DNA of 64,000 bases from Dicyema japonicum (lineage: Eukaryota; Animalia; Dicyemida). The position numbers and the translations under genes were made by a program. Below the pieces are notes generated by a model. The model saw only the letters and a program-made list of their open reading frames with translations. It was not told where the DNA came from and ran no database searches. Numbering within the stretch: the first letter of the stretch is position 1; each line of letters starts with the position of its first letter. Positions 1 to 13,299 of this stretch are shown piece by piece. The stretch covers positions 186,001-250,000 of the forward strand of contig RDEW01000003.1 of the NCBI GenBank assembly GCA_011109175.1, in the 5' to 3' direction.

Positions 1-952
1 TCAACTCTTTCTTGCAAACAAAAAACTTTCGCACTAACATGCCCCTGCATTTCTATGGTAACAACAATTGTATTTTAATAATTCAGATTTCAAGACATTG
101 AGGTGGATGACGTACCCCTATTGAGCGAATGTCTTGATCTCCCCAAGGTGGATGTGACCTTTCGTTCTTTTTATTGTAGGAAGTGAAAATGATGAACTTT
201 AAGACATTGGATATACGATGCTTCCGATAGAAGAAGCTTAGGATACACTATTTTTTAAGTTTGGGTCAGCCTGGCACAAAATTTGGGGGAACAAGAAAAG
301 ATTTCTGCCTGTTTCTTCTGTTCCTCTTCCCTTTTCGAATAGAATGATGTCATATGTTCCACCTGTCTCAAGTGGCACCCAGTGCAAGGGTGGTACGAAA
401 AATGATTATTTGTATCTCCCACTTCACTGAAGGGGTTCCCAAAACAGCAAGTAATGGACGTCTTTTACCTTTTCTGCAGGTTCTGGATGAAGTTGTGTGC
501 CATTGGACGGACTCTTCTGTGATAGTGGGAACTGGATACACTCTGGATATACCGAGAAGGAAGTTAACAATTAAAATTAAATGAAATAAACTTTAATTAA
601 AAAAATTTTAATGGAAAACAATTAAAAGCTAATTAAAATTTTTAATTAAAAAAATTAATTGAAAATTAAATTAAAAAACTCGCCTATAAAATTTGTTTAG
701 TCTATGAAAATCAATAGTTCGAGGTCTCCCGACATTAGATTAAAGCGATCCAACTGAGCCTTGTGTTTTTAGACTGCATTTTCTAAGAGCCACGTCACCA
801 GCTAAACCAAATGAAAATAAAGTTAGAATTTTATTAAAAATTAAAATAATCACAGATAAATTAAATTTTGGTTATTTTTTATTATTAAATTAATATAAAT
901 ATAAAATTGAAAATAAAATAAAATTTTTGAAATCATTATAAAATTAGAGCTT

Positions 953-3308
953 ATGTCCGATAACTTAACAGACGTATCTTCAGCTATTAGTGTGAATTGT
1001 AGCAATGAAATGCTACTAACAGTGAATCAAATCTCGCAAATACAATTCGAAAATTCATTAGTAGTCATAAAGTCTTTCATGCGATTCGTTCATGATTATT
1101 ATGATGAGATTCGTACGCTCAAGGCTAAAAAAATAGAGGTAGCTATAACATAATATTGAAGTTGTTGAAATGGATGGATAGTTGGAACTACTGGTTCGAT
1201 TCGCAACTTCATGGTGATGATTTAAAAGATTCACCTAATTTGGAAATTTTTTTTAAAAGCTATTTTGTACAAAAAAATATGAAAATTCGCCAAATTAAGG
1301 AAATTGAAGAAAGATTCTATATTTGGCAAGACCGATTGCAATTAGAAAACCACAAGCTTCTCAGTACAGATTTCCTTGAGGTATTTTATTATGAAAACGT
1401 TGCAGATACTGGACGAGAAGTTGTTCTTACTAAATAATTCCGAAAAGACGTTTCTCAATATCGTTTATAGGGAAAGAGATAAGTAATCAAGTATTTTTTC
1501 AAAATAGGGAATTTTTTAATAGCCAATATATTAAAACATTCTTTGCTCGTTCCTTCCAATTTAATCAGTGGTTGGATGACAAATATGATGAGCTACCAAC
1601 TCCCAGGCAGTTAAGAACTCTCCCAATTAGAGTATATTTCAAGACTGATTTTCAGATTTTGAATTTTATGATCGACACCGTCATCAATGGCTTCAATAAC
1701 GTGGATAATGATTCTGATGATGTTTTTAAAGATTTATTTGTAATGTCTGAATATATTAGGTTTCTAATGTGCTAATCGTGCTGTTTAGTTACCACTGCGA
1801 TGATTCAAAGCAAGTTATCAAAGAGATCAGTAAGATCGAACATAAATACAGACATGTTCTGAATAGTGCAACTTTTTATAAATTGGATTTAAATGTTGGT
1901 ATCATAAATTATCGTTTAGGGGTTTTATGACGATCATGAACTGGATCCAGAGCTTATAGACTTTTATAGTAAAATTATTGTATTTACGACATAATGAGTT
2001 TAGGACTTTAAAAAATGGTTGGATATTACCAAGGACGATCTCTCCAATAAGATAAAATCCAATTCTTTAATTCAAGCAGAGCATCTTCTTAATTTTCATC
2101 GAGAGTTTGCCAAATCAATTCCAGATTATTCTCAAAAATTAGAAAATTTAATATCGTTACGTCATAACATCAAAGAATCTCCAAATTTTGAGTTTCCCCT
2201 GACTAACATCCCCCTTGAAGTAAAACTTAAAAAATTAACATCTTAGATGTTGGAAAGGGATTTCAATTTAATAACTGAACTAATAAATATGAGGGAAAAG
2301 AAACTGGTGGAGAATTTAGCAAAGGAAATGGAGGTATTCTACGTATAAATTTCAGATTGATCGTCTTTGTACGGAATTTTCAATTCTACATGAAAATTTG
2401 AATAAAGCTATCAATAAATTGAAAATTTATTCGGGTCAGGCGACTTTTATGGATGAGCATACGATCGATTTGGAGCCCGCCAAAGAATTTTATGCAGAAA
2501 TTACTAGTTATGAGCCTAAACTTGATGAGCTAGTAAAAATTTACGAGGTTCGTGTATAATCCTTAATTCTAATAATTTGCACGATTATTATTTTTAGGAT
2601 TTGTTACCGTTTAACTACAGCATGAAGCTAGAATATTATAACAAACTAGACGTTTGATTTATTTGTTAATTTAATTAGAAATTAAGGATGACTTATACGA
2701 ATCTGGTGAGTAAATCCAAAACTGTCCTTAATGCAATACACATCACTAAAAATTTCAAGAAAAATGATATAGTTGGACCGATTATTAAAGATGCTCAAAT
2801 TAAATATATATTAGAACAGTACAGACACATTGGTCAGGGAAATATATCTATTGGGGAATTCAAGTCGTTGATGGTATCCTTAAGATACGACAATCTCCTT
2901 AATAACGTGATTTAGTGTTATAATTTTGTAGACTAATTATGCGGAATTAGTAAACTTTAAAGGGACAATTTGTTGGTCAAGTGCTCGAATGCATATCGAA
3001 AGATTTTCTTGTCAGGAGAATTTTTTAGAAGAAATTATATTCGCTTTCAGAATTTTATCACAGGGATTGGTTTTTTTGTTTCTCACCCTTAGCCATACAT
3101 TACATCTGTAACTCTAAAAGAGTTCCTATCCGAAGAAATCGAATTCTGCATCGAAAAAATGCCTGAATATGAATTGACATGGAACTATCATTACATGAAC
3201 TGCACTTTAGAATCTACAGACAACGAAGATAATGAGTTTTCCGATCTTCCAGAAAATAAGATTTATTTTCTCGATTATAAAATATTTGTAGAATCACTTT
3301 TTTCTTGA
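953..3308 (+). CDS. Divergent alpha-actinin/alpha-spectrin-like protein (spectrin-repeat rod plus C-terminal Ca-insensitive EF-hand), multi-exon, roughly 670 aa
   Basis: Joining the ORF pieces through GT-AG introns of mostly 20-29 nt (e.g. 1139-1161, 3070-3092; one of about 50 nt) gives a continuous frame ending in TGA at 3306-3308. The C-terminus EEIIFAFRILSQGLPYITSVTLKEFLSEEIEFCIEKMPEY...LDYKIFVESLFS matches the alpha-spectrin/actinin terminal EF-hand pattern. FFARSFQFNQWLDD and IDRLCTEF resemble spectrin-repeat helix A. A few internal splice choices are ambiguous. Confidence 0.75.
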
Positions 3309-3564
3309 ATAAATTATAAAAATAATATTATTTAATAAATTTTCCCATTTCCTTGCAATATTCGCTTAGTAATTCCGATTTTTGACTAACATTGTCAATT
3401 CATTACTTTATAATAAAAAAACAGTGAATCTTTGCAGATTGGCCAATCTTTAAATTGACCCATTTCTAAAAAATTTATAAGAAAAAATTAATAATCTTTT
3501 ACTGAAAAAAACATTAAAGTTAAACCTCTAAATCCGTCACATATTTCTTGAACTGTAGGGTTGT

Positions 3565-3901
3565 TTTTTTAAAGCCTTTTCACAAAAGCCTTTATAGCTC
3601 CGCATAGGCAGGACACACACTTTATTTAAGTAAAGAACAGTTAATTTTAACTAATCGTAGAACGCTCTTCACTTCTTTTTTTTGCTCTTCACTTCTTTCT
3701 TCACTTCTTTTTTTTCTTTTTCTTGTGTGAGTGTCCTTTCTAGACAATCCAGTTCCGCAGTGAGTATCCACTGATGACGGCGTCACTCGTCAAACCTTTG
3801 CATCGTAGATGCGTGGAACCTTCCACCAGGTGAACAGCAGCGAGAATCGAACCCGTAGCCTAAGCCACTTAAGCCCGACACTTAACCACTATGCCACCCG
3901 G
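3565..3901 (-). mobile_element. Full-length tRNA-derived SINE
   Basis: On the minus strand: A-box TGGCATAGTGG, B-box GGTTCGATTCT and a short poly(A) tail. Flanked by the 12-bp direct repeat CTGTAGGGTTGT (3553-3564 and 3902-3913). Related copies at about 6427, 16310 and 42700. Confidence 0.85.
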
Positions 3902-4264
3902 CTGTAGGGTTGTAACTATAAAAAATAAAATTCTGATAATCAAAAACTTGATATATATCACTTTCAAGGTCAAAAAATGTAACCATCTACCCACTCGGCC
4001 ATGTGGCATATTATTAAAACAAAAATGGCAACTATTTGATATAGCTCATAATCACAAGCAATGTGATGCACGTGACATCATTTTTACCAACTAAAATAAA
4101 AATAAAAATAATACCAGAAATAATATACAAGGCAGCATCAGAGATCAATAGTAAAATTTTTCTCTTTTAATTTGACAGTGGAAGAACATTATCGGACGTT
4201 TGGCGCATAGTAGACGCAACTGGTAATGATTTTATCGATTTGCATTCTAGATGATTCTCTAGAT

Positions 4265-5778
4265 CAGGGGTTCTCAACCTTTTTAGCTCAAGGGTCAAAT
4301 CGATAATTAAGAGTATTTTTGCGGGCCGCACAAAAAATATTTTAGTTGATTAAAGAAAAAAGGCTTTATTACGTAATAAGAGAATCAATGTGAGACTTGA
4401 TTTTGCTTGGCGTCTACTATTTTATCGAAACGAGGAGTAAAGTTCGAAGACGATGTACATAAAAGTTGAATTAGGTGTTCATTAGTCAATCGATTTCGAT
4501 ACTTACTTTTTATTCGCGTATGTTTACTGAAAAGAGCTTCACATGCATACGTTGATCCGAAGACTGATGCATTTTTTGAGCATTATCGACCAAGTTCGGA
4601 TATTTCCATTGTGGAATTCGACTCCAAAAATCCAATAGTTCACTTGACTTAAATAGCGCGGTAAGTTGTAAATCTGCCTGCATTTCAATTAGCTCTAGCT
4701 GATATACATATGGAACGGTTGCAGCATCTGTTTCCATAGGTTACGAAAATATTTTCATAATAGGTAGAGCTTCTTTAAAATCATTAAAACGTGTTTCGAA
4801 TTCATCGATTAAGTCACTAATAACAGAGGTATATTTTTCATATGATCCATCTTCCCTGTGGTTTGAAAGTATTGGAAAATGAATGGTAACTCTACTTGCA
4901 ATTTGTATTTTGAAAAAGTGTAGTTTTTCGATAATTGCAGAAACCAGTCCGTATAATTCATGACATAGTTTGTTTTTACTTTGCAGAGAAGTATTCAATA
5001 TCGAAAGGTGTGTAGAAATGTCAAACATAAATACTAAATCAGCAATCCACTACTTATCAGTAAGCTGAAGATAGAATATCTTATTGTCAATAAAATTTAT
5101 AATCTCCGGAAGAAGGTCATAAAATCTAAATGCGATTTATTTAAAATTTATACAACCTTTTTAGACATGCTGCTCGACTCAACCATCGTACGATTGTATG
5201 CATGTGCAAATCTCCATACTCAGCATCAATATCCTCGAGAAATTTCTTAAAATTGCGGTGATTTAAAGCACGAGAGAGAATAAAATTTACGATTGAAATG
5301 ACCGTTTCTGTTACATGGTCCATTTTCATAGATTTTGCAGCTAAATTTTCTTGATGTAGTATGCAGTGATGCCAAATCACAGGACTCAACTCAATCATCT
5401 ACTCGCCATCCAGCTAAGAGATCTTGAAACCCAGTTTTCCATCCAACCATAGAAGGACATCCATCTGTGGCAATTGAAAACATTTTTGAAAGATCCAAAT
5501 GTGCTTTTTCAAGGCAATCACGAAATTCACGGAATATATCAGCTCCTTTAGTAGAACCATGAAAGTTACGTAGCGTGAGAATTCTTCATAAATTTTGAAG
5601 TCAGGCATGACACCTCGAATAAACACAGCCATCTGTTCTGTATCACTAATATCTTTAGTGATGTCAAGAGCAATAGAATAGTGTACGAAAAAGTTGGATT
5701 CAGTGAGTAGCTGGCATTGAACATCGTCAGATATTCTCTCAATTCTCCGAGTAACTGTATCGTTGCTTAGCTGTAAGT
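4265..5778 (-). mobile_element. hAT (Buster/SPIN/GTF2IRD2-like) DNA transposon, degraded transposase
   Basis: TIR-like CAGGGGTTCTCAAC at 4265. Broken transposase with HCILHQENL, RALNHRNFKKFL, VRWLSR and FWSRIP...YPNL, ending QVSH*. Interrupted at 5778 by a retroelement. Confidence 0.85.
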
Positions 5779-6426
5779 TTATAACATTTTTTTTAATTTC
5801 TGAAGAACAACATTTTTCACTCCATGTAGCTGCTTTTTCTGAATTTCTTCAATTAGCCAGTTCTTTCGATGTTCTTTTAATAGGGCGAGACTGAGAATAT
5901 CAGGCCTTTGAGATTTATATTTTCGGCATAGAAATTCTGCGATAGTGCCCATGTGTGTTTTCTTTGATTTGATAGTGCCCCGTAGACTCCCCGACTTCCT
6001 CAAACAATAACTCAACTTTTTTTCAAGGTCTCGTAGGAATTGGAGTAGCATCCGTTCACTTTTATGTGTAATAGATTCAAATCCCCTTCCAAATTGGTTT
6101 CTTGGCATATAAAGTCTTTCTTTATTCGCTGGTTTCAGGTGAATCCGATGGTGCACGAGGATTTTTCGTATACTTTTGTAAAACAGTTCATATTCAGTTG
6201 GTTTGATGTCAATTAGCCCGATGTAATAGTCATACAACGATAGGCATATTCGTTTATAGCTTTAAACAAGTTCACTGAGTTTAATTGACATCGACAGGTT
6301 GTCGATCCTCTTTTTTGCTCCGTCAAAGGTTGACTTTAGTATTTCTTCTTTCAAAACTTTGCTATCTTTATTTTCCAGAACTCCGAGGTGTTGATAGTCA
6401 TCCATTCCATCAAGCAATTTTGATTG
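5779..6426 (-). mobile_element. Non-LTR retrotransposon fragment (post-RT region, RLE/R4-like)
   Basis: ERLYMPRNQFGRGF matches the RLYLPRxxGGRGL motif, and a YQHLGVLE segment resembles the YKYLGI motif at the end of RT. Confidence 0.7.
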
Positions 6427-6700
6427 GGGTGGCATAGTGGTTAGGTGTCGGGCTAAAGTGGCTTAGGTCACGGGTTCGATTCTCGCTGCTGTTCACCTGG
6501 TGGAACGTTCCACGCATCTACGATGCGGAAAGGGCTTGACGAGTGACGCCGTCATCAGTGGAGATTCACTGCGGAACTGGATAGTCAAAAGGACACACAA
6601 GAAAAAGAAAAAAAAAAGCAAAGAGCATTCCTTGGTTCTCCCTCTACGATTAGTTATAATAACTGTTCTTTACTTAAATAAAGTGTGTGTTCTGCACGAG
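6427..6700 (+). mobile_element. tRNA-derived SINE, second copy
   Basis: Close match to the reverse complement of 3610-3900, with the same A-box, B-box and body. Confidence 0.85.
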
Positions 6701-6724
6701 CGAAACCCTAGGTATCTTACGCGC

Positions 6725-7715
6725 TTATGGCAACGCGGTAGTGCTTAAAAAATTTGATTCAGACCTGAGATTTTTCAAATTTTTAGCTGATTTCTTCTCA
6801 TTTCTCCCAAGTCCAGCAGCTTGGAAGAAAGTATTAACTTGGTTCATCATTCTTATCATATTTTTTTCCTTTTTGAAAATATTTTTAAGTCGTTCATTAA
6901 CAGTAAGTGATTGTTGCGTATGAAATAGAGCCTTTTCTGGGTTATCCATAACTACTTTTAGGTCCATTATGAGTTCAAATATCTGCGGTGACAGAGTCAT
7001 CCTAACAGAATTGCTTTTTTAGCTGGAAAATCTGAAAAGATGCTTCATCAGAAAAAAATAGTAGTTTTCCATGCCTCATTATTTATTCGAATAAAAATTT
7101 GGACAATTCAAATCTTTTTACTATGTTTTTCTTGATAACAACGGTTTACGTTGACATACTCTTCCGAATAGAAAATTAGAATTTAAGTAATTTCCAATTG
7201 TCTTTCTACAGACACTCTTACCAGTAAAATGTTTCATTTCATTTCTCAGTGTTCCAAGAGTTTTTTTTGGATTTTTTGATCGCACTCAATAAGATGCAAT
7301 AGAACTTCAAAGTCTGTTTTTGAAGCTCTTTAGGACATCGGGAAACAAGAAGCCTCTTAGTGATTCGATACTTTTTTGAATTTTCGAAGAAAATCTCAGA
7401 TTTTGTAATATTTAAATGTTCTGCAATATCTTTTATCGTCCACTTTAATCCCAAAAGAGCAAGGATCTTCCTTTAGTTGTTGTATTTAACATCTGCTTAT
7501 AAAACTCAAAAACAAGAACTAAATAGATCACACAATAAACAAACCGGTTTTTTTACACGGTAAAATTGAAAATTAAAATTATAGACGATTAAGGAATTTT
7601 TTTAGAAATATAAAAATTATACATCTAGTAATTCCGAATACTTAAATTCATGAAAATTACAAGCTATACGCCAAAAAAAGTGTGACTGCAAAACCGGTTT
7701 TTTTTACCAGCACTG
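6725..7715 (-). mobile_element. Probable DNA-transposon end with broken ORF
   Basis: On the minus strand the segment begins CAGTGCTGGTAAAA near 7715, with a repeated AAACCGGTTTTTTT subterminal motif (about 7541 and 7692). The downstream ORF pieces are not recognised. Confidence 0.3.
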
Positions 7716-8559
7716 TAGATTATTTTTGACATTAATTTACATTGACGAATCACTCAGCGCTCGCGGCATAATATTTTGATTATTAACATTTTATTGTCCA
7801 TAGTTAATTTTATGGTCCCGACGACATAATGGACGTTGAGTTGCCTCTCACGATTTCAAAGGAGATCAACTGGAGAAGCCGATGGATCTCACGTGCATCG
7901 TGGCTTTTGATTATAACCTGAAGAAACAAAGCGATTCCTACTTATTCTTCAGTTGTCTCAAATACGATGGGCCGGAACGTGAACCGGTCTTACAACACTT
8001 TGTACTTATTCCTTGGCCTTCCCTGATAAACTTTGCTATGCTGAGTCAACCAAGCAGACGTCTCAGTGGAGATCGGCTGGAATAGAAAAATTAATAAAAT
8101 TAATTACAGTAATTAAATTTAACAGCACGATAATATTGATTGATTTTTCTGATAAAATAAGCCTACTTATGGTCCTTTTAATCAATGATGGCTATCTTGT
8201 GTTTCTCAAGGTTAACAAATAATAGCAAGAAAATTCAAATAAGATTTAAATACTATCATCCGAGGCAAACCACTGAGAAACTCCATCTGCAAAAATTACA
8301 AAGCATTACTGAGATTGTTATTTCTGATTCATGATTGTCAAATCTAATAGTCAGGAACTTTATGGGGCAATAAATATACGGGAATATCTCAATCACATCG
8401 TCATAGATAAATTCGAATAATAACTTTCCATTCTCGTCATATCCCCCCACTGTAGAGAATATTTTCTTGAGGCCATTCACGAATATAAAGACACTGAAAG
8501 AGTTAATCATTCAACCACCGTTCGAGGACAGTCGGCTTGACAAATTCTACGAAAAATTT

Positions 8560-9340
8560 GGACTGATTTTTGATTTTGTAATTGATTTTGAAATTCATGT
8601 TTTTAATGCAGTCTGTAAAGGCGGCTGACTCGAAATAAAAACGACAGGAGAGAACATGAGCAGCCAAAAGGGAAGGATTTCTAGAATATGACTACCTTAG
8701 GTTCATAGACTAACCCTCAATTCTTGAGTCTTTTCCTTATATGAGGACGAATATCCGTAGTGGTTGAACAAAATTTGACTATAAATTATCGGGCGACCGT
8801 GAAGATTCTCAAATCAGAAAAACTATACTGCATAATCCTCCATTAACCAATCTGTAGGTTTCTCCAACGCACGTTTGCGTAATACTGAATGATCTGGTCG
8901 TAATGTTCTCTATTTGGGAGTATGGCTTAGTTGGGTTAAACCAATGATACCCACGGTCCCCAAATTGCAAAAAGAAACAAAGGAAAAATGCCCCGTGGAA
9001 TAGAAATCGTTAATTTTGTCGATTATATCGCTGTTAAAGTGGACATCGGGTAGACGTCATCTTCCAGCTATAATACTCGAATATAAAAACCCAAATGCAG
9101 TTTTCCGCCATACTTTTACAATACGTCATAAAATAAGCGAAATCAAAGTTCATCTTGGAATACCAGGCAGTCCTCCTAAACTTTAGTTACAACAAACAAC
9201 GAATCCAATGTCTCCATTTTAAGTTCGTCGTAGTTCTCTTTATGAGACTACAATTTTGAAGAGTCCCTGTTCCATCTCTTTGTTATATCTCAAAGTTATG
9301 GATAAATATACAAGTCTCTCAGACGTTTAACCTTGTTGTA
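8560..9340 (-). mobile_element. Highly degraded LTR-retrotransposon (Gypsy-like) pol remnant
   Basis: Scattered RT/RNaseH-like codons (e.g. RTLRPDH resembling F.LRTDH). No intact ORF. Confidence 0.3.
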
Positions 9341-9383
9341 GTCCCCCTATCAATCTAATATAAGCTTACATCAACTATGAATG

Positions 9384-9722
9384 CTATAATTGAATATCTT
9401 TGTTCTGTTTTATTGTGCGAAATATCCACCTGAGTGTATGCTCGCTGTAAAAATACTTACGCTCTGATATTGGAATACAGTATACGAGTTTTTCTATTTA
9501 TAGTCAAAATCACTAACTTTGTTCATTTGAGATTATGCCATATGATTCATATGTCGCATACCGTCCGCCTGGAATATCTCTTTCTTCAGTTTTTTGGTAT
9601 ATATTCTCTACTCGAATTTCAATTATGTAGTTTTTGTAGGTCGGAACATATCTCATCAAAATCCTTATGTGTTATTATATTTTCTACAATAAAACTATAA
9701 TCAGTAATATTTTTTTATTCAT
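9384..9722 (-). CDS. Putative small secreted orphan protein (about 105 aa), frameshifted in this assembly
   Basis: ATG followed by the signal-like MNKKILLIIV, and a 24-nt GT-AG intron at 9494-9517. The frame is continuous only if one base is restored in each of two homopolymer runs. Confidence 0.35.
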
Positions 9723-10813
9723 GTAACTAGATAACAAATTATTTATTTATTTTTTATTATTTTATTTTTATTATTATTACCCAGGATCTGGGTCAAAAAA
9801 AAGAAATAAAAGTTCTCAGCTAACGAAGTAATCCCAGACCGACAAGGGAGAGGTTATTTTTGATTTTTGATAATTTCAGATTAGACTAAAAAATATTGAT
9901 TTTCTTACGTGAGTGATAAAATTATCGGTTATTGAATTGATTTAATCTTTCAAAATGCGTTTAAACCCCAAATTGCGATTCCAAGTACTTCTCCAAAAAT
10001 GAAAATCCTGTGGTTTCTAAAATTAATGAGAATACACATAACCGCAATTGCTAGATTTTTAACCCACTTCACTCTGTTACTAAATTACTGCTGAATCGAT
10101 AATGTCGACGTTGTTGTAACCGCTAAGTGGTTGCTTAGTGAAACAACAAGTCGAGGTCTGAGGCTATGAATTGCCTTCTTCCTTTAATCGAATTTTTTTC
10201 GTCAAATGAAATGAACGCACTATAATGACTCAAATTCTGTCTTCCAATGTCATATCCGAGGAAAAAGTCATCAGTTTTCTTAATCTCACTGCTTTTTTTA
10301 GTAATTGGTTGATCTCAATATCTTGTAAAATAGTTGGGTGTTCCACTGAGGTTATAACAGAGGGGAAGAAAAGGAAAACTCAAGAAAAGAGTAGTGAACG
10401 ATTGCCAGTTTCCTACATGTTAGAGAAACTGGGGTAAGGATTTTAAACTTGTGGAACTTCTAAAAATGAACTAGCATTCGAACGTTTTATTAAAAAAAGG
10501 TCGATAGAGGTTTTACGATTAATTCGATGTTAGGGGTCACAAAGGCTGGTCTTCAAGTTGAAGAGGTTGAAATGTTGCGCTTAAATGGACATGCTCGCCA
10601 ATTTTTTCTAACATTCTCTATTTGAGGCAAGACTCCTCTGATAACGAAGACTTTTGCTATCTTTTGTTACTTTTCTTATTTGTCTCAGATCGCAATTAAG
10701 AATTTCAGTAACAGTCCAAGGAATTTTTCCTCAGATGAAGCATAGTAGTCTTTCTGATGACGTTTTAAACCCTCTATAAGTTTAGAAATATTAAAATTCG
10801 AAATAACTTTATA

Positions 10814-13299
10814 CAGTGCGACCCCGAATTGGAAAAATTTTCCCCCAATTTTGAGGTTTTTCCCAAAAAGAGGGTTTTCTTTAAATTTGGTCTCCCCTGT
10901 TCGATATCTTACCTTAATAATATAACCAAGACGGATAATTACAAATTTTTATTTTTTAATAAAAAAATCTGTTAATTTGCTTTGAATCTGTATAGATCAA
11001 GGACATTTTCCGAGTATCTTGCTTAATAACATTTAGCAGCATTGTGAATGCGCATTCCGCATTGTTTATAACTTGTTGATCATCCAAATGTTCCAGAAAT
11101 TGTTCGCTGCAGTCTTCTTCATCATTACTATTATCATCCCAGAAGGTCTCCAAAATTGCATTTTCCACAATATCCAAATCAATCAGACTTTCTCCGGTGT
11201 CTTCTTTTTCCCGACAGTCATATTCCAAAGCCTTTTCAAAGCAATGTCGTATTGAAGTTTTTGTAATCTTGGCCCATGCCAATTTCGAACATGAAAAAGC
11301 ATCCAATATTGTGATTCCCTTTATTGCTTCATCTATTCTAGTTTTATCATAGATAATCGTTTTCATCATCCAATTATTGAAATGATTCTTAAATGCCTGT
11401 ATTATTCCTTGATCACATGGCTAAATTAAGGAAGTTGTGTTTTTGGGAAATAATATTACGTCGACGTTTGAATATTGGGCAGAAACAGCATGACAAGTTG
11501 CACTGTCATTAATAATGCTATTTTTCTTTTTTTCTCCCTCATTTCCTCGTTAAATCGAGATAACCAATTTTCAAAAATATTTTTTGTCATCCAGGCTTTG
11601 CAAGAAGCATAATATTCAATGGCGATATCTTTCAGATTCACACTTTTTAATACTTTTGGTGACTTCGCACGCCCAATTATAAGCGGTTTATATTTTTCTC
11701 TTGTGTAACTGCAACACAAAAAAAGTATCATTTTAATAACCCCGGGAACACCGAGAAGGAAAGACAAAAGAGTCTAACAGTTAAATGATCCCAGTCCCTG
11801 CAATCAATTGTGCCATTCGACGTCTGTGATCTCCCACTACTTTCCGGAAGAGCCTTCTCTCGGTCTTTAGAGGAATCCGATTGGTGATGGGAATTTCCTA
11901 TCCAATCGGTTTTCTCTTGCCATGGAAATGATAAGGCGAAGCGGGTTTCCATTTTTTTCACAGACGCGAAAATATCCGGAACCACGACTACGGGTCTTAG
12001 CTTCCATGAGTGGTGGGTCGACTGTTGATCCACTACGCGGGAAAAGAATACTGATGGTTTTCTGGTGTATTGATTTGACTCTGTGAACCATAGTCTCCGA
12101 TAGCGCAAATCTCTATGCAACGGAGGCATACTCAACGGCTGGCGCGATTGCTTGTTGGTAGAAGGTAGAAACAGATAAGTCCATATTCCTCGGGGTCCTC
12201 CAGACAAGGGCGCGTAAAACGTTAATTTTCTGGAGGCCCCTGGTAATCATGTTTTTGCGCGGGAGTTAAATTGAGTAGACTGTCGTACTTGACTCCAAGG
12301 ACAGTGGGGGACCTTGTCACTGGAATCCGAGTGGGACCAATAAAGATACTCGGTTTATCCTTAGAACAACGGTCCGAAGTGAAAATGGTACAAATAGACT
12401 TGGTTGCATGATCGTAAGTCGATTGCCAACAATCCAATCGTGGAGAATGTTCAATTTTGCCTGAGTCTTAACGATCCATATTGTAATGACTATATCGTCT
12501 GTGTAGGATAATCGCAGGGAATCTTCGTCTCCATCATTAGGTAGGTCGTGTAAGAATAAGGTTGAATAGAATTGGTGAAAGTGGAGACCCCTGGGGTACC
12601 CCGTTCGGTAGTAATCGTAATCTAGATATGAGATCACCACTGACTACTCGTCCACGTCTTCCAGACAAAAAGTTGGCCAGCCATAATTTCACATTCGGAC
12701 GAATATTTGTAGAAAATATTTTTCCAACCAGGATTTACAGTGTTAAAGGTTTTGTAGATGTCAATAGAAACCAAGATTGTGTTTTTGTGGGGCGGGGATG
12801 AGTGTTAAAACCGTCGGCAATGAACTGCGATGGGTAGCCAAGTATGTAGCGGTGGACCTACCGCGGAGGAAGGCATGTTGAAATATAGGACGTGGAAGAT
12901 ACGGAATAATGACTGATAATACAAGTTTCTCCATAATTTTTGACAGTGTGCTGGTAACGGAAATAGGCCTGTAGGAGCAGGTTCTGTCTCTGGTTTCCCA
13001 GCTTTCAAAATCTGTCTGATGATAGAATTCTTCCAAATCTTGGGAATAATATTATAGTTAATGGACAGGTTGTATATTTGCGTGAGGTAGCCAATTGCGT
13101 AGTGGTTTAGGTGTTCTAGGTAAATAGAAGATACTTTGTCAGGCCCACGTCCGTGAGCTCTTTATGATAATATAAAATTTTCCCCGGTAGGGGGTTTATT
13201 TCTTTAATAATCATCGTATTTTATAGGGATGGCGAAAATATTTCCCCAAAAGCAAGGTTTTCCCAAAAAAGAGGGTTTCCCCAATTCGGGGTCACACTG
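10814..13299 (-). mobile_element. pogo/Tigger DNA transposon with nested non-LTR insertion
   Basis: TIRs CAGTG(C/T)GACCCCGAATTGG at both ends, flanked by TA. DDE_1 transposase pieces at 10956-11740: EKYKPLIIGRAKSP, KAWMTKNIFENWL, FPKNTTSLI*PCDQGII. Confidence 0.85.
11740..13160 (-). mobile_element. Jockey/I-like non-LTR retrotransposon RT fragment inside the pogo element
   Basis: SYRPISVTSTLSKIMEKL, QHAFLRGRST, GVPQGS-like region, YTDDI and LGVKYD, with many frameshifts. Confidence 0.8.

Noticed and set aside
3765-3800. Hammerhead core (CTGATGA) inside the SINE
   Set aside because: There is no GAAA after a plausible stem II, and the motif is not conserved in the 42.7-kb copy.
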